From NCBI GenBank assembly GCA_043228905.1, contig JBHGNT010000012.1:558001-622000 (forward strand): a stretch of 64,000 nucleotides of DNA, read 5' to 3'. Under the pieces are notes generated by a model. The model did not search any database and was not told where the DNA came from. It saw only the letters and a program-made list of their open reading frames with translations. Of the stretch, positions 25,917 through 38,245 are shown one piece after another; the stretch's first letter is position 1; each line of letters starts with the position of its first letter. Both the position numbers and the translations under genes were made by a program. This DNA is from Azolla caroliniana. Lineage: Eukaryota > Plantae > Polypodiophyta.

Positions 25917-26807
25917 ACTATGAGTCAAACAAAGCACAAGGTTAAGGAATACAACACTGTCTACAAGGTCCCCAAAGAAGTTCACGAACACATATTGGGG
26001 GAGGTCCCCTCTTTAATGCTTAGAATGGCAAGCACTGTTCATATGTAACATTCACATGTCTTGTAAACTTTGGCCTACAAATGAATGGAAATATATCATC
26101 TTTGGTTTTCTTATGAGTTTGCAATGACAAAGCTCTTAATCTCGGTGTTTTGTTTAGATATGTATGTATCTTTTACATAAAATATATGGTGAAAAATATC
26201 TTTGGTTAGTACTAAAACTGTGTTAAGTGTTTCCTAACCTATAGATATCTAAGATAGGAGTGTTCATTCCACACATGTTTCTAGTGTGTGGTACACTCAT
26301 GAGGGTGTGGTACACTAGATGAGGGAACAGATTGAACATGTTAATTGCTAGTACTAATACAATGGTTCGTTCAAGTATACATACCATGTTATGCCTATAA
26401 CTCTTTTTGAGTTCATATGTATCAAAGTCAGTACAATGCATTAAAATATAGTACTAATATTGTGCTAAGTGTTTACTAACCTAGACATATCTGAGAGGAG
26501 TGTCATATGTGTCCATAACAAGCGTCAATGTCATATGTGTGCATAACAAGTGTCATTCTTACTAAGATGAGACCTCAAATAGTACCAAATTCAGATTTTT
26601 ACAAATATATGTATCAAAGTTAGTACATTGCATATCAAGTTGGTACTAAATTAGTCACTAAGATGAGTACCCAAATAGTATCAACTTAGAATTCAGGATA
26701 AGTAAATCAAAACAGTGTCAAGAACCAAAACACTTTTCTCAGATTTCACACCCTTCTTCTTCTTCATCTTAAAGCCACGAGGTAGTAGACTACTGAGTGG
26801 CAATTCA

Positions 26808-29800
26808 TCATCGGAGGGGGGGGGGCAAGCTTGAGGAAACCTTGTGCTCTACTGCAACTGCCTGAGACACACACACTTCCAAGAAGATGTTGTCGATAGT
26901 ATTAGCATTAATCTGTTCTTCATGGGTAGAACCGGTGTTTTGCAGCAACACGATATTCGTAGTACAAACATGTTCCTCTTCTTGGGTGGTTGCCATCTTC
27001 ATTGCAAACTCCTCGTTGATGAAGCTAGACACCTAGTTCTTTGTACAATCTTGTTCCAAGTGCAGGCTACTTGCGGTGTTTTGGTAAGACATGTGATTCG
27101 TAGTACCACCTTGTTCCTCTTCTTGGGTGGTAGCTACAATCTCCTTAATGATACAGTCTTGCCCCATGTTTACGGTACTGTCAGTGTTTTGGACACACAC
27201 CTCATTCGTAGCACCACCTTGTTCCTCTTCTTGGGTGGTAGCTACAATCTCCTTAATGCTACAATCTTGCCCCATGTATACGGTACTGTCAGTGTTTTGG
27301 ACACACACCTCATTCGTAGCACGACCTTGTTCCTCTTCTTGGTTGGTAGCTACACTCTCTTTAATGTTACAGTCATGCTCCTCATGTTTGGTGAAATTCA
27401 CATTGCCTGCTGACTCCTCGTAAAACTCGTTTGTCACCTCTCTCTTTGTCCACTCTAGCTCCTCTTCTTGGGTGATTTCACATTCCTCATGTGTGGTGCT
27501 ATCTGAGTCTGAACAATCAAGCTTGCTCCATAGACTGTCTGAATCATCTGATGCTATTTGGGAATCTCCATGTTCTTCTATTCCTAAATAACAAGAACAA
27601 TATCAATTCACATTCTTACAAAGTGAACGAACCTAGCCATATCAATTAACATACTAGATTAAGGGACAATCGTTTATCTACTGTTACATCTCCATCCTGG
27701 ACTTTCGAAGATGAGTCTTTGCAGATGATTGTGTTTGTCGTGTGCTGCAAGACCTGGTTTGCATTGGTATCACACTCGTCATTATTGCTTGGGATGATAA
27801 ATTCTTCTTCATGTTGTGGCTTTGAATCAGTATCTCCATTTTCATTAATCGTTTCTTCCTTGTCTAACAACAAAAGCACATGGGCTTAGTCTAACTCATT
27901 AACTTTACAACTCTCAAAGTTTGTGAGAATTTGTATGACCCACCACTATAATGAACTCTGCATTTCTTCCCCTTTCCATACAATTTCCTTGCGGCATTAC
28001 GCTTCTTCGTAGGCTCTTTGATAGAAACATAAGAAATTAGAAGTATAGCAACAATGCATTATTAAAAGTTCACACACAATTAGCATTACCATTCACACAG
28101 TCAAGGGAGCTGAGCTAGGAGAATTTGTTTGAAGCAACACGTTTTCAACTGTTCCAATGGCCTTTCTCATACATTCATCTTCGTCATAAATTTCCTTAGT
28201 TACCACTAAGGAATGACCATGGACTTTGGAATTTGCAGCAGACTCTGTACGTAGTAGCGCGGGGGCTGGTTGGTCAGTTACCTTCCCTGGTGTGGTGTTG
28301 CTTGATACTACAACATTCATATTATAATCGTACATTAGTTCTAACATGACTACAATGTTACAAATATTATCAGTACTGAATCAAGTGGACATTTAAGACC
28401 TTCAGTACTAAAAAATTAGTCTTGTTCCAACTGATCACCAAGGAATACACATGTAACAGTAATATTAGTACTAAAACAACAAAGAGGAACTTGAGGACAC
28501 AATACAGAACCATCTGGACATGCTGTCGATATTTGTTCGGTACTAAAGAAAAGACCGACATGCCTATTTGTTCGGTCATACAGAGCTTATTTGTTCAGTT
28601 CTCCTATTTGTTAGTACACATACAAGTGATACAACTAAACATTTAAGACGTTTAGTACTAAATAATCAGTACTGAATCAACTCAGCACCAAGGGATACAA
28701 TGTAATCAGTAATGTTAATACTAAAACATCAATCAAGGAACTTGAGAGAACAATACTGAACCACCTGGACATGCATATTAAAGCGTGGTATTGACCAATG
28801 TTAGTACTGAACAACCAAGACCTTCATGCGTATTTGTTCGGTCATCCTGAGCCTAACTTGATACAATGTAATGGACAGTGTTAGTACTTATACAAGTTAT
28901 ACAATGAATCAATTAAGACATTCAGTTTAAATAATAAGTACTGAATCAACTGATCACCAAGGAATACAATGTAATCAATAATGTTAGTACTGAATCCTCC
29001 AACAAGAAACTTGAGGGCACATTACACAACCACCTGGACATGCATATTTCGTGTAATGAACAATGTTAGTACTAAAAAACCTAGACCTTCATGCCTATTT
29101 GTTCGGTCATCTAGAACCTAAGCCATGTGGACAGAGAAAGTACAATGTAATGAATAATGTTAGTGCACATGCAAGTTATACAACTAAACATTTAAGATTC
29201 TCAGTACTAAATAAGATTCACATTGTCAACTGATCACCAAGGAATACAATGTAATCAGTAATGTTAGTACTGAATCATGTAAAAATGATCTTGCGGGAAC
29301 AATACTCATGGGTGTAAGACTAGAACCAAATGTTAAAATTATAAAAGCCTAGTATAAAAATTACATATGTTCTTAATCACATACCATAGGAATGTACTTT
29401 CAAACCCCAAGTTAAGTACCATTCGGCTCCAATTGTACTTTTACAGTGTAAACATATATTTTCTTTCTCAAAATGGTACTTAGCGCATAAACAATGATAT
29501 GTGTGCAAGCATGGTGTAATGATAGCATCCATGGCCTCAAACTGGAATCCAAGGCCACAGAATACACACCTTCAAATACAAGACACAACATACACTATAT
29601 TAGCAACGATGATATTTTATACAATAGAAGGTCAACTTGTAAAAATATAAACCATTACCTTGATACAATACTTCTTGTAATGGTACTTTCATTGCAAGTG
29701 GGATGTTCAACTACTTCTGGCCATAGAGGATCTAAACCTTTATCTTTTAGACCCTTCATCAAACATGTCAGGTTCTCATAGTGACTTTTTAAGGCGGATA

Positions 29801-30780
29801 ACTTATCATCAATTTCAGAACGAGATGACCTCCATGTCTCCAGATCTTTCTTCTGTTTTCCTAATTGAGTGCCCATCTTTGTCAGCTCCTTCTGCAACTC
29901 CTCTTTCAACACATCGCTTTCAGAATGTTGGATTGTTGCGGTTATCCATTCGTATGTATTCGATATAGATGTGAATTGTTTCTTCTGTTTTCCCAACTCC
30001 TCTTTCTTCTGTTTTCCCAATTGAGTGCCCATCTTTGTCAGCTCCTTCTACAACTCCTCTTTCAACACATCACTTTCAGAATGTTGGATTGTTGCGGTTA
30101 TCCATTCGTATGTATTCGATATATATGTGAATTGTTTCTTTGCCGCCATCTCACTAAATGAAACTTCTTCCAAATCGGTGAGCAATGCTTGCATTCTTGT
30201 TTGCAGGGAAGCTATGCAACGCAACAACCGTTGTTCATGGCTTTCTGTTAGTGTAGCTCTTTCTTTTGCAATCTGTTTAGTCAACACAGATGTCCTAGCT
30301 GAGATTTCAATGTGAGAGGTACTCTCAGACTTCATAGTAGTGTTGGTACTTGAGGACCCTCTATAATGTGATGATTGATGATGAGCAAAATCTTCCCAAT
30401 CAACTTCAATGCCACCATGGAGTTCACATGCAAATGCACGTGCAAAAACAGTTCCTACCTCATTGTTTAGGATATTTTTTGTATCATAAACTTGTTCATA
30501 TCGTGAATTTAGTTCAGTGATATAATCCTTCTTCAATTGAGTGAGGTGAAAACCTCTTTGTCTTTGGTTGTGATGAGCCCCATGTTTTGATCATCCACAT
30601 GTCTAGGTCTTCATAAGTGTCAGGTCGTGCACGAAGGAAATATCCTCATCCTAACGTTCTACCTCGAAGGATGTTTGTGAACATCTTCTTGCCCTGAGAT
30701 GTTGACAACTTAAACCTCCCTCTGGTGGGGGTCATCTTACTTTCTTTGATGGGGGTCCTTTTTCTTTCCTTGCATGGTGT
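26808..30780 (-). pseudogene. Degenerate multi-exon second gene inside the Sola2-like element (acidic repeats, coiled-coil); unknown function
   Basis: Series of minus-strand ORF pieces (30048-30536, 29655-30032, 28093-28347, 27646-27879, 27033-27437, 26808-27032) separated by AT-rich spacers with GT/AG-like ends; internal 156-bp and 108-bp duplications; stops present. Confidence 0.45.
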
Positions 30781-31583
30781 CCTATCTCTCTTCTTCACCT
30801 CACACACACAATAATAGTAAATAACAATAGATCAATCACAACTGTCTTTTTTCATCATATGATTAAATCACACATAATAAGAACAACAATGAGGCATAAC
30901 AACCCTAAACATACTTCAAGTTGGCTCAAAAACAAGATTCATGCATATACAAGTCTCTCTTGAAAGTGTACATAGGAGGAAAGACAAAAACATCAACAAC
31001 AAAGATAAAACCTACAACATAATGTTAACTCCCGATACACAACATATACATGCTAAACCATGGAAAATCATTGCAACGTACCATCATAGAACCATCTTCC
31101 AATATGTCAACATGTACCAAATTCTAAATCATGCAATAAATGACATATGCATGTAAAACACTCTCAATTTCAAGCATATGCATGTACAAGTGTCTCAAAT
31201 GATCAAGGGAGAACAACACGAACAACAACAACAAAACCCTAACATGCAGTAGAACATGAAGGTAAGCCTAAAGCAGGATTACCTTTTCAGACGTCGTTAG
31301 GGTTGCAGATAGCAGGATTACCTCTTTGAAGTCCTTGTAGAGGGGACACGTTTGAAGCACGGGTTGCAAGCAAACGAACACACCAGGTAGAGGGAAAACA
31401 ACGACTTAAGACCACCTGGAGGTAGAGCAAAGTAGAGGTCACAACCACCAGAGGGGACACGGCCAGCAGAGCAGAGGTTGATGTGGTTAGGACACGGTGA
31501 GCACAGAACACCTAACAATGAGGGAGAACAAGGTCAACAGAGGGAGAGAGAACGTGGCCAACCCTAGAGAGGTTGAAAGACTT

Positions 31584-31797
31584 GTGCAAAAGGTGGAAGA
31601 GAGACAGAGAGGGGGAGAGGAGGTACGAACGACGAGCAATGACACGCTTGGAGTCTGTAGAGACCTATGCAAAAGGTGGAAGAGAGACATAGAGGGGGAG
31701 AGGAGGTACGAACGACGAGCAGTAACACACTTGGAGTTTGCAGAGATCTGTACAGAAGGTGGAAGAGAGACAGAGAGGGGGAGAGGAGGTACGAACC
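31584..31797. repeat. 83-bp tandem repeat (~2.6 units), subterminal in Sola2-like element
   Basis: aggtggaagagagac recurs at 31591, 31674 and 31757. Confidence 0.85.
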
Positions 31798-32207
31798 TCG
31801 GGAATCAACGATAGAAGGGGGAAGGAGAGAGAGAGAGAGAGAGGGAGAGAAACTAACTGACTAATTGACAGTTCGAGATGAACATATGTGCCAAGAGAGA
31901 GAGAGAGCGAGAGAGAGACATACTTACTATATTCATAATTGAGTGACTACTCGAGATCTTGTACAGTTAAGATCTCCGTACAACATTACCTAGAACTGTG
32001 ACCCAACAACCTCAAATGAAATGGACAGTTGGACACAGACATAACTTATAATTGTGGAAGGATGTGCAATGTTTTTTTCATATTTGAAATCTATTTTCAT
32101 TGAATGTAACTTTTAATTTTAGCACAAAACATGGTCGACTTTTTTAACCCAAATATTGGATTATTTTTCTTTCCTCATTGAATTAGTACTAAAATTTTGG
32201 CCAAAAG

Positions 32208-32234
32208 TTGGTACACCATAGCGTGCTTTCACCC
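32208..32234 (-). repeat. Right terminal inverted repeat of Sola2-like element
   Basis: ttggtacaccatagcgtgctttcaccc followed by TSD acat. Confidence 0.9.
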
Positions 32235-33571
32235 ACATGCCGTTGACTTTAAGATAAGTACTACCTAACCTAGCTTGTAACTAGGGAGCTAGTTCATATT
32301 AAATGACAACTCAACTAAAAGAAAAGGAATATCCCCACTACTATAAACTATTTTGTACATTTGATGCGACAATAACACCAAATACAAAATATAAATATTC
32401 GCCATCTTTCTCTTACACTTAGTTGTTGTGACTATTATGTATGTCAAGTAACTCTATAGTTGACTAATCTAGATCCCATCTAAGCTCAAAGGTGTGAGTG
32501 CATGGAAGGACCATAATAAGCTACTCTCATATATTTGACACATAATATATCTTTATGAGTGTCAATGTATAATATGGCTATCTATACGATTCTCAATATT
32601 AATTTAGTGTGTTTGACCTCTACAAAGTCGACCCACACATTTTTCTAACATGTTTCACCAAGCTTAATCCTTGCAGAAATTTCTCTCACAACCACAATGT
32701 GCACTCTCATTTGCACCATTCATTAGTAAAATCCATCAACATCGAGAGTCACTGCTCACATTCACATGTATTATTTGAATATGTTATATTTTGTCTCATA
32801 GGTCATATTTGACCTTTGAGGATGATAATAAAATCTCTCTCTCTCTCTCTCCACACTAAAGTCATCCTAAATTTTGTACAAATTAGTTTGTTTCATAGGT
32901 CATTTTGTGTAATAGTGGAGGTCATTTTTTGTTTCAATTTACGTTCTCAAAGTAAGGTAAAAATCCACATACAATATATATTTACTAGCCAAATTTGATA
33001 CGTGCACCAGTGTAATTGAGAGCTCTTAACAACGTAGACGAATCACTAGCTAAGAAATCTAGGTAGATTAGAAGATGACCACCAAACATTCTGGGTGTTG
33101 TGGGCGTGTCATGAGTACTCTCTATAGATCAAATATCGAATCCAGGGTTGCATCCCATACTAACGCAAACAAGATAGTGGCGAGTTCAAGGTTCCATTCC
33201 ATGCGCATGCAAACATTCACATAAACACCCAACCATGATGACCCATATGCAAGCAACATGCTCACACACACACACACACACACAAATAACAACATTTTCA
33301 AATATCCATTAGTATGTACACACAAGTTAAAAAAGCTTGAAAAGAACATTTTTGTGATGGAATCTAATAATGAGACAAAACTTGAGAAAACTATACATAA
33401 ACATGAAAAGCAAAGGAACAACATGACCAAATTAATGAAAACCCTTGACTTGTATAAATTGGAAAACATTCAACAATCATCCTAAGATGAAAAAAGAGAG
33501 AAAAGAACATGAATATGGAAATATAAGGACATACAACTTGATCAAATCTCTTGTGAAGGAATGCCAGGGGC

Positions 33572-33736
33572 TGATGTTCACAACATTAACGAAATCGGGT
33601 ACGGTTAAGGCTAGGATATTGACCATTGATGTTCACAACATTAACGAAATCGAGTGCGATTAAGGATACAATATTGACCATTGATGTTCACAACATTAAT
33701 GAAATCGGGTGCGGTTAAGGATAGGATATTGATCAC
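33572..33736. repeat. 3 x 55-bp tandem repeat of the A2 stop-codon region
   Basis: tgatgttcacaacatta at 33572, 33627 and 33682. Confidence 0.9.
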
Positions 33737-36499
33737 CCGTGGGTGGATTGTAAGTAGCAAAGGCGAAACACCCCGAGAATCTAGGTCCAGTATAGACAAC
33801 CATGTTTTGTGTAGCCCCGGACCGGAGCCTCTATCATCCCACACTTTGATGAGTTGTTCCCCGACCACATAAGTATCAAGATCTTCTTTTACTGCAACCA
33901 TGCCTACGACATCCTCATTGGATGGGGGCACTTGGCTATCATTGTAACCAACAAAACCTCTTGGAAACCACGAATTCCTCATTCTTTGTCAAAATGACTC
34001 AATCTTGAAGAAGCACGGTGACAAGCACACAAAACCTCGGGGTATTTGCTCGGGCCTCACACGCCAACAACTATGGTCTTTCGGGTGAATGAAGCTGCCA
34101 CGGTCCTGATGAGGCGTGCCTTCACGTGAGCTTGGATGGCATCCGCAAACAATAGTGTCCTGAACATGGCCGAATCATTGAGTGGACCGGCCATTGGCCC
34201 AACAAACTATCCTTAGGATGATGGCTAGACTATGGGTCATTGTAACCAACTGGTTGCATGTACAATGAAGCATGTCTGTTTGCTCGGAACAAAGAACCCA
34301 ATGTACTCTATTGTCAGCGTGCCGGCGGCTTTCTAATCTCCAATAGTCAAAACAAGAGTTGGTTGGCCGAAATGTGATTCAATCGAATGGAGGTCGGCCC
34401 AATAAAAGTCTGGTCATCATATGCGATAAGTTAATATATATTTAGAGAGAGTCATATTAGCTACGTATGTATGTGGGATAACTCATTGAGAGAAAAACAG
34501 TGAGAGAAGTGTGAAAGGGTATTCTAGAGAGTTAGAATGCATTGCAAGGAAAGAAGAAAGAATGTGCTAACACTGTAGTGGTTGTGTGAGTGACATAGCT
34601 CAGAAGTTAGAGCGCGAGAGGAAGCAAAGAAAGAAGAGTGTAACAGAGGAGAAAGAGAGACAAAACAGAGAAGCTTTGAAACCTTGGAAGGAGATAGATG
34701 GCTCCACCCCCCACCCATAAACACATGGCACGCCCTACGGCCTATCCCCCTTGAGAAGAAGTCTCTCTCGTTCTCCGTCTCCATCACTAATCTCTCTGTC
34801 TCTTTCTCTACATGTTTGTGTCTTTGTGTTTGAAAGTGGTGTGTATGGTGTGTATGGACTCTCTGTTGAGAGCCAATCTGCGATGGCAATGGCGATTTCT
34901 CTTACTTCTAATTTTAATGTATCTAAGGCCTGATGGACAGGGCCTTTCAACCCCCTCCCCTTTTCGTTACTCCCAAAAACCCTAGCCATGGAGACGTGGA
35001 AGTCGTGAAAAGGAAGTATTCTGTTCTTTTCCAACTCATGAAAAATGGATTTGGGAGCATGTTGGAAGACGAGATGGCCCAGTCATGGCCAAGAAGCCGA
35101 GAGTCGGCCCAAGTACGGCCGAGAAAGCGACCGTGAACCAGAGAATCGGCTGAGAAGCCGAGTGACAGCCACGAGATGGTCTAGCCACGACCGAGAAAGG
35201 GCCGACAGTATAGCATGGCTGAGAAACGACTGAGAGTATGTCACAGCCAAGAAGCGGTTGAGTTATGGCCAAGACATGGCCGTGCGAGAGGGCTGAGAAG
35301 GAAGGCTGCTTCCCATACGAGAAAGAGGTGAAGAAAAAGATGATGACAACGACGACACAGAGAGAAGTAAACAGAAAGAAAGGAAGACGAAGAAGAGAAA
35401 AAACGACAGAAGAAGATGAAAGAGATAAAGTAGATGAAAAAGAAACCAAGAGAAAAGAAAGAAAAACAAAAAGGAAACCTAAAAGAGAGGGGTACACATA
35501 ATCAAATTTCAAGAACTCAAGGGCAGCTGATAGAATTCCCCAAGGGTACTCACTAGAAATTCAAAAAACAATTGAGGGTACGAAATAGAATTTCAAAAAC
35601 TCAATGGTACAAAAAGTCACCACCACTCATACTAATGTAAAAATATATATATATGTATACACATACACCCACAATCATTTTTAAACCCTGAACGACTTTA
35701 TCACAATGGACAAGCCGATTGGTGTGTGATCCAATCGTGCGTTATGCTGACCGAACGAGAAGGTTTGTGTCATGCCAGCTCCGATCGAAGTTATCGATCG
35801 TAGAGAAATGTTCCGGTCGAGGGATTTCCGACCATTGAGAGAAGACCGATGGAGTTTCCGGTCAACGAGTTTTTGGCATGGGCTTGTGGGTACGACGTGC
35901 AACGCACTGTCCCACGGGCGTGCCAGGTGTTACTCGTATAAGTGTACGAGAGGTTTAAGTGTAATGTGGAAGGTGGTGTGTGAGGTGTAATATGAAATGT
36001 GAATGTGTGAGTGTTAGGTGAGGTAAGTAGGTGTACCTACGTCCATTCGGCTTTTTGTAAAGATCTTCTATTATATAAATCCTCACTCATGGGGCATGAA
36101 AAAATGATATCGAAGTTATTCTAAATTGTGTCTGTCTCGATTCTCTCTCTCTCTCATTCGTTCTCTCTGTGCATCTCATCTCTCCCTCTCTCCTCTCACA
36201 CTCGAACCCCCTTGGGAGGGGGGTGGAGCCGATCTTGGCTCCACCCCCCACCCATAAACAGTATCTGAGTTCAAAACATATCAAGTTGAACACACACACA
36301 CGCACGCACACGCACACGCACACACACACACATACACACCTGAGATGGAGGAGCAGGTAGAGGGACTGGTGGACGAAGAGGCGGAGGCAGCTGATCGGAG
36401 ATCTTTACGGCCACATTGTAAATCTCGGCCGCCACGGTGTTATTGGGAATGAGGATCTCCCCCCTCATCTTCTTCACATCCTCAACATATCGAGCCCAT
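33586..36499 (-). pseudogene. Gene A2: broken copy of A1
   Basis: Exon 2 remnant to ~34343 with a stop, frameshifts and loss of WWELIW. ~1.9 kb of foreign DNA follows. TIR exon remnant 36340-36499 keeps its donor; the rest of the TIR, the ATG and the promoter (block-1 2972-4251) are deleted. Confidence 0.85.
34360..34698 (+). mobile_element. Fragment of an LTR related to Copia family 3, opposite orientation
   Basis: Reverse-complement similarity to 47715-48085 (gggataactcattgagagaaaa, gagtgacatagct, agaagctttgaa..gatagat). Confidence 0.6.
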
Positions 36500-38149
36500 T
36501 ACATTATAATTTTTGCCATAATATACATACTATGTTAATAATAATAGTATAGCTTATTCTTTCAGATGGTTTTCAGACTTCTTTAACTTGTAGGGAAAAG
36601 ATGAAACATGAAATCATGTTGTGCCAAGTGTTTTATCTTTACTATAATAGGACACGATCATGAAGAAAATTATAGGTTGTTTGGAATCTAGTTATCTTGC
36701 TTTTTTCATGTTGATGATGTGGTGATTTTTACAAACTCTTTAAAAGATGACCGAAAAGCTTTGAGTAATTTGATTGTTTTCGAAAACTTTTGTATACTAG
36801 TAATTTGAGTGTGAATAGCACCAAAATGAAGGGTATGCTTGTGAGATTCAAGACAAAGATGAATCGTCCATTGTGCTTAATAACAAGCCACTTTAGATTA
36901 TAGAAGGCTTCATATATCTTGGGTCAAGGTTCACTCCAATCATAGATGGAATGAATGAGCTACACATCATAGATTATAGAAAGGTTAAGCTATTTGATGC
37001 TCGATATGTGGACACATTATGAACTTTCAATGCACTTGCGCAAAGATAGCATTCAATTGCATACGTAATACTAGTTGGTGATGTTGGTCGCTACAAAATC
37101 GTTAAGGAAATGTAGTTAAATTTTTTATGGGATATTGTAGGTCTGGTGTGGAGACCCAAATTGTAAGCATGTAGGGTGGGATTTTTTAGGGTTTGCCGGA
37201 TGTGTATGTAAATGTAAAGAATGTAATGATGGATGACCGACTAGTGTCAGTACTGTGGAGACGGCCAATGTTAGAGATGACTGACAAAAGCCGGTAAAAA
37301 AATTGACCCTCCTTATAAGTAAAGTAGTGAACCATTGTTCTATCATCCTTTCTATAGATTAGTTGCATTACTTGTTGGTGCGCATACCTTAACGACCATT
37401 TGGACATGTGCCACTTACTTAACAAGTAGCAACTTCTCAGACTCTTCTCAAGATAACTATTTCCTACAAATAGATGACTAGAAAACGCCAATAAAAGCTT
37501 TGCTTGTGCTCTAGACAATAGGAGGTCAAATAAGGAATCAGGATCTAGATAAGGATTTCCTGCAAATAGATGACCGGCAACACTTTTGGCCCAAAAAATC
37601 GTTTGCTTGCTTGGCTTTGTCCTACTGATGGATTTTACACTCAGACGCGAACCACAGATATAGAGAGACACAAAATGAACGAAAAACAAACAACACACGA
37701 TTTACATGGAAAACCCTAAATTTAGGGAAAAACCATGATGAACAGAAATTTCCACTAAGAGATAAGACGAAATACAATCACAAAATGATAGAACCTAATT
37801 TGGTATCGATGTACTCTGAAACCATGATTTCAACCGAGTGCACCAAACCCTAACTCGTAGGTATCTATCACTTTCGAAGCTTCCAAAGCTTCTATGTTCT
37901 GGCCTTTCTGTTGCACTCTTCTTTCTTCTTCTCACACTTAGCTTTCAAGCTATGTCACTTGCTCTCACTCACAACCACCACCACTATGTTAGCTCTATAT
38001 TGTTCTTAGTGTCACTCTTCATTTGCAACACCTTCTATATATTTTCGTGTTGCTCTCACTATTTTACTCTCAATGAGTTATCCCACATACATATGCAACC
38101 AATATGATTATGCCAATATATACTAACTCATCTCATATACATATGTATG

Positions 38150-38203
38150 TGTAAAGAATCGGGTATGATTCTTGTGTAGCGGAATAGGTGTGAACTGTGT
38201 GTG

Positions 38204-38245
<42 letters not shown>

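Larger units (their letters stand above)
19115..26090 (+). repeat. Tandem array of ~307-bp units (starts 19115, 19422, 19729, 20035, 20342); last unit split by Copia 2 and resumes at 25922
   Basis: Repeated ORF YGNYYAKLPQCKNTYALLKDAPTAII; periods 307, 307, 306, 307. Confidence 0.95.
10759..32234 (+). mobile_element. Large Sola2-like DNA transposon (21.5 kb including two nested Copia elements)
   Basis: 27-bp TIRs GGGTCGAAGCATGCTATAGTGTACCAA vs GGGTGAAAGCACGCTATGGTGTACCAA (4 mismatches). 4-bp TSD ACAT at 10755-10758 and 32235-32238. The empty site is visible in block 1 (aaat-acat-ggcattgac near 627-643). Transposase motifs inside. Confidence 0.85.

Noticed and set aside
35036-35512. Hydrophobic 158-aa ORF as a membrane protein
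   Set aside because: Translation of a low-complexity GA-rich tract.
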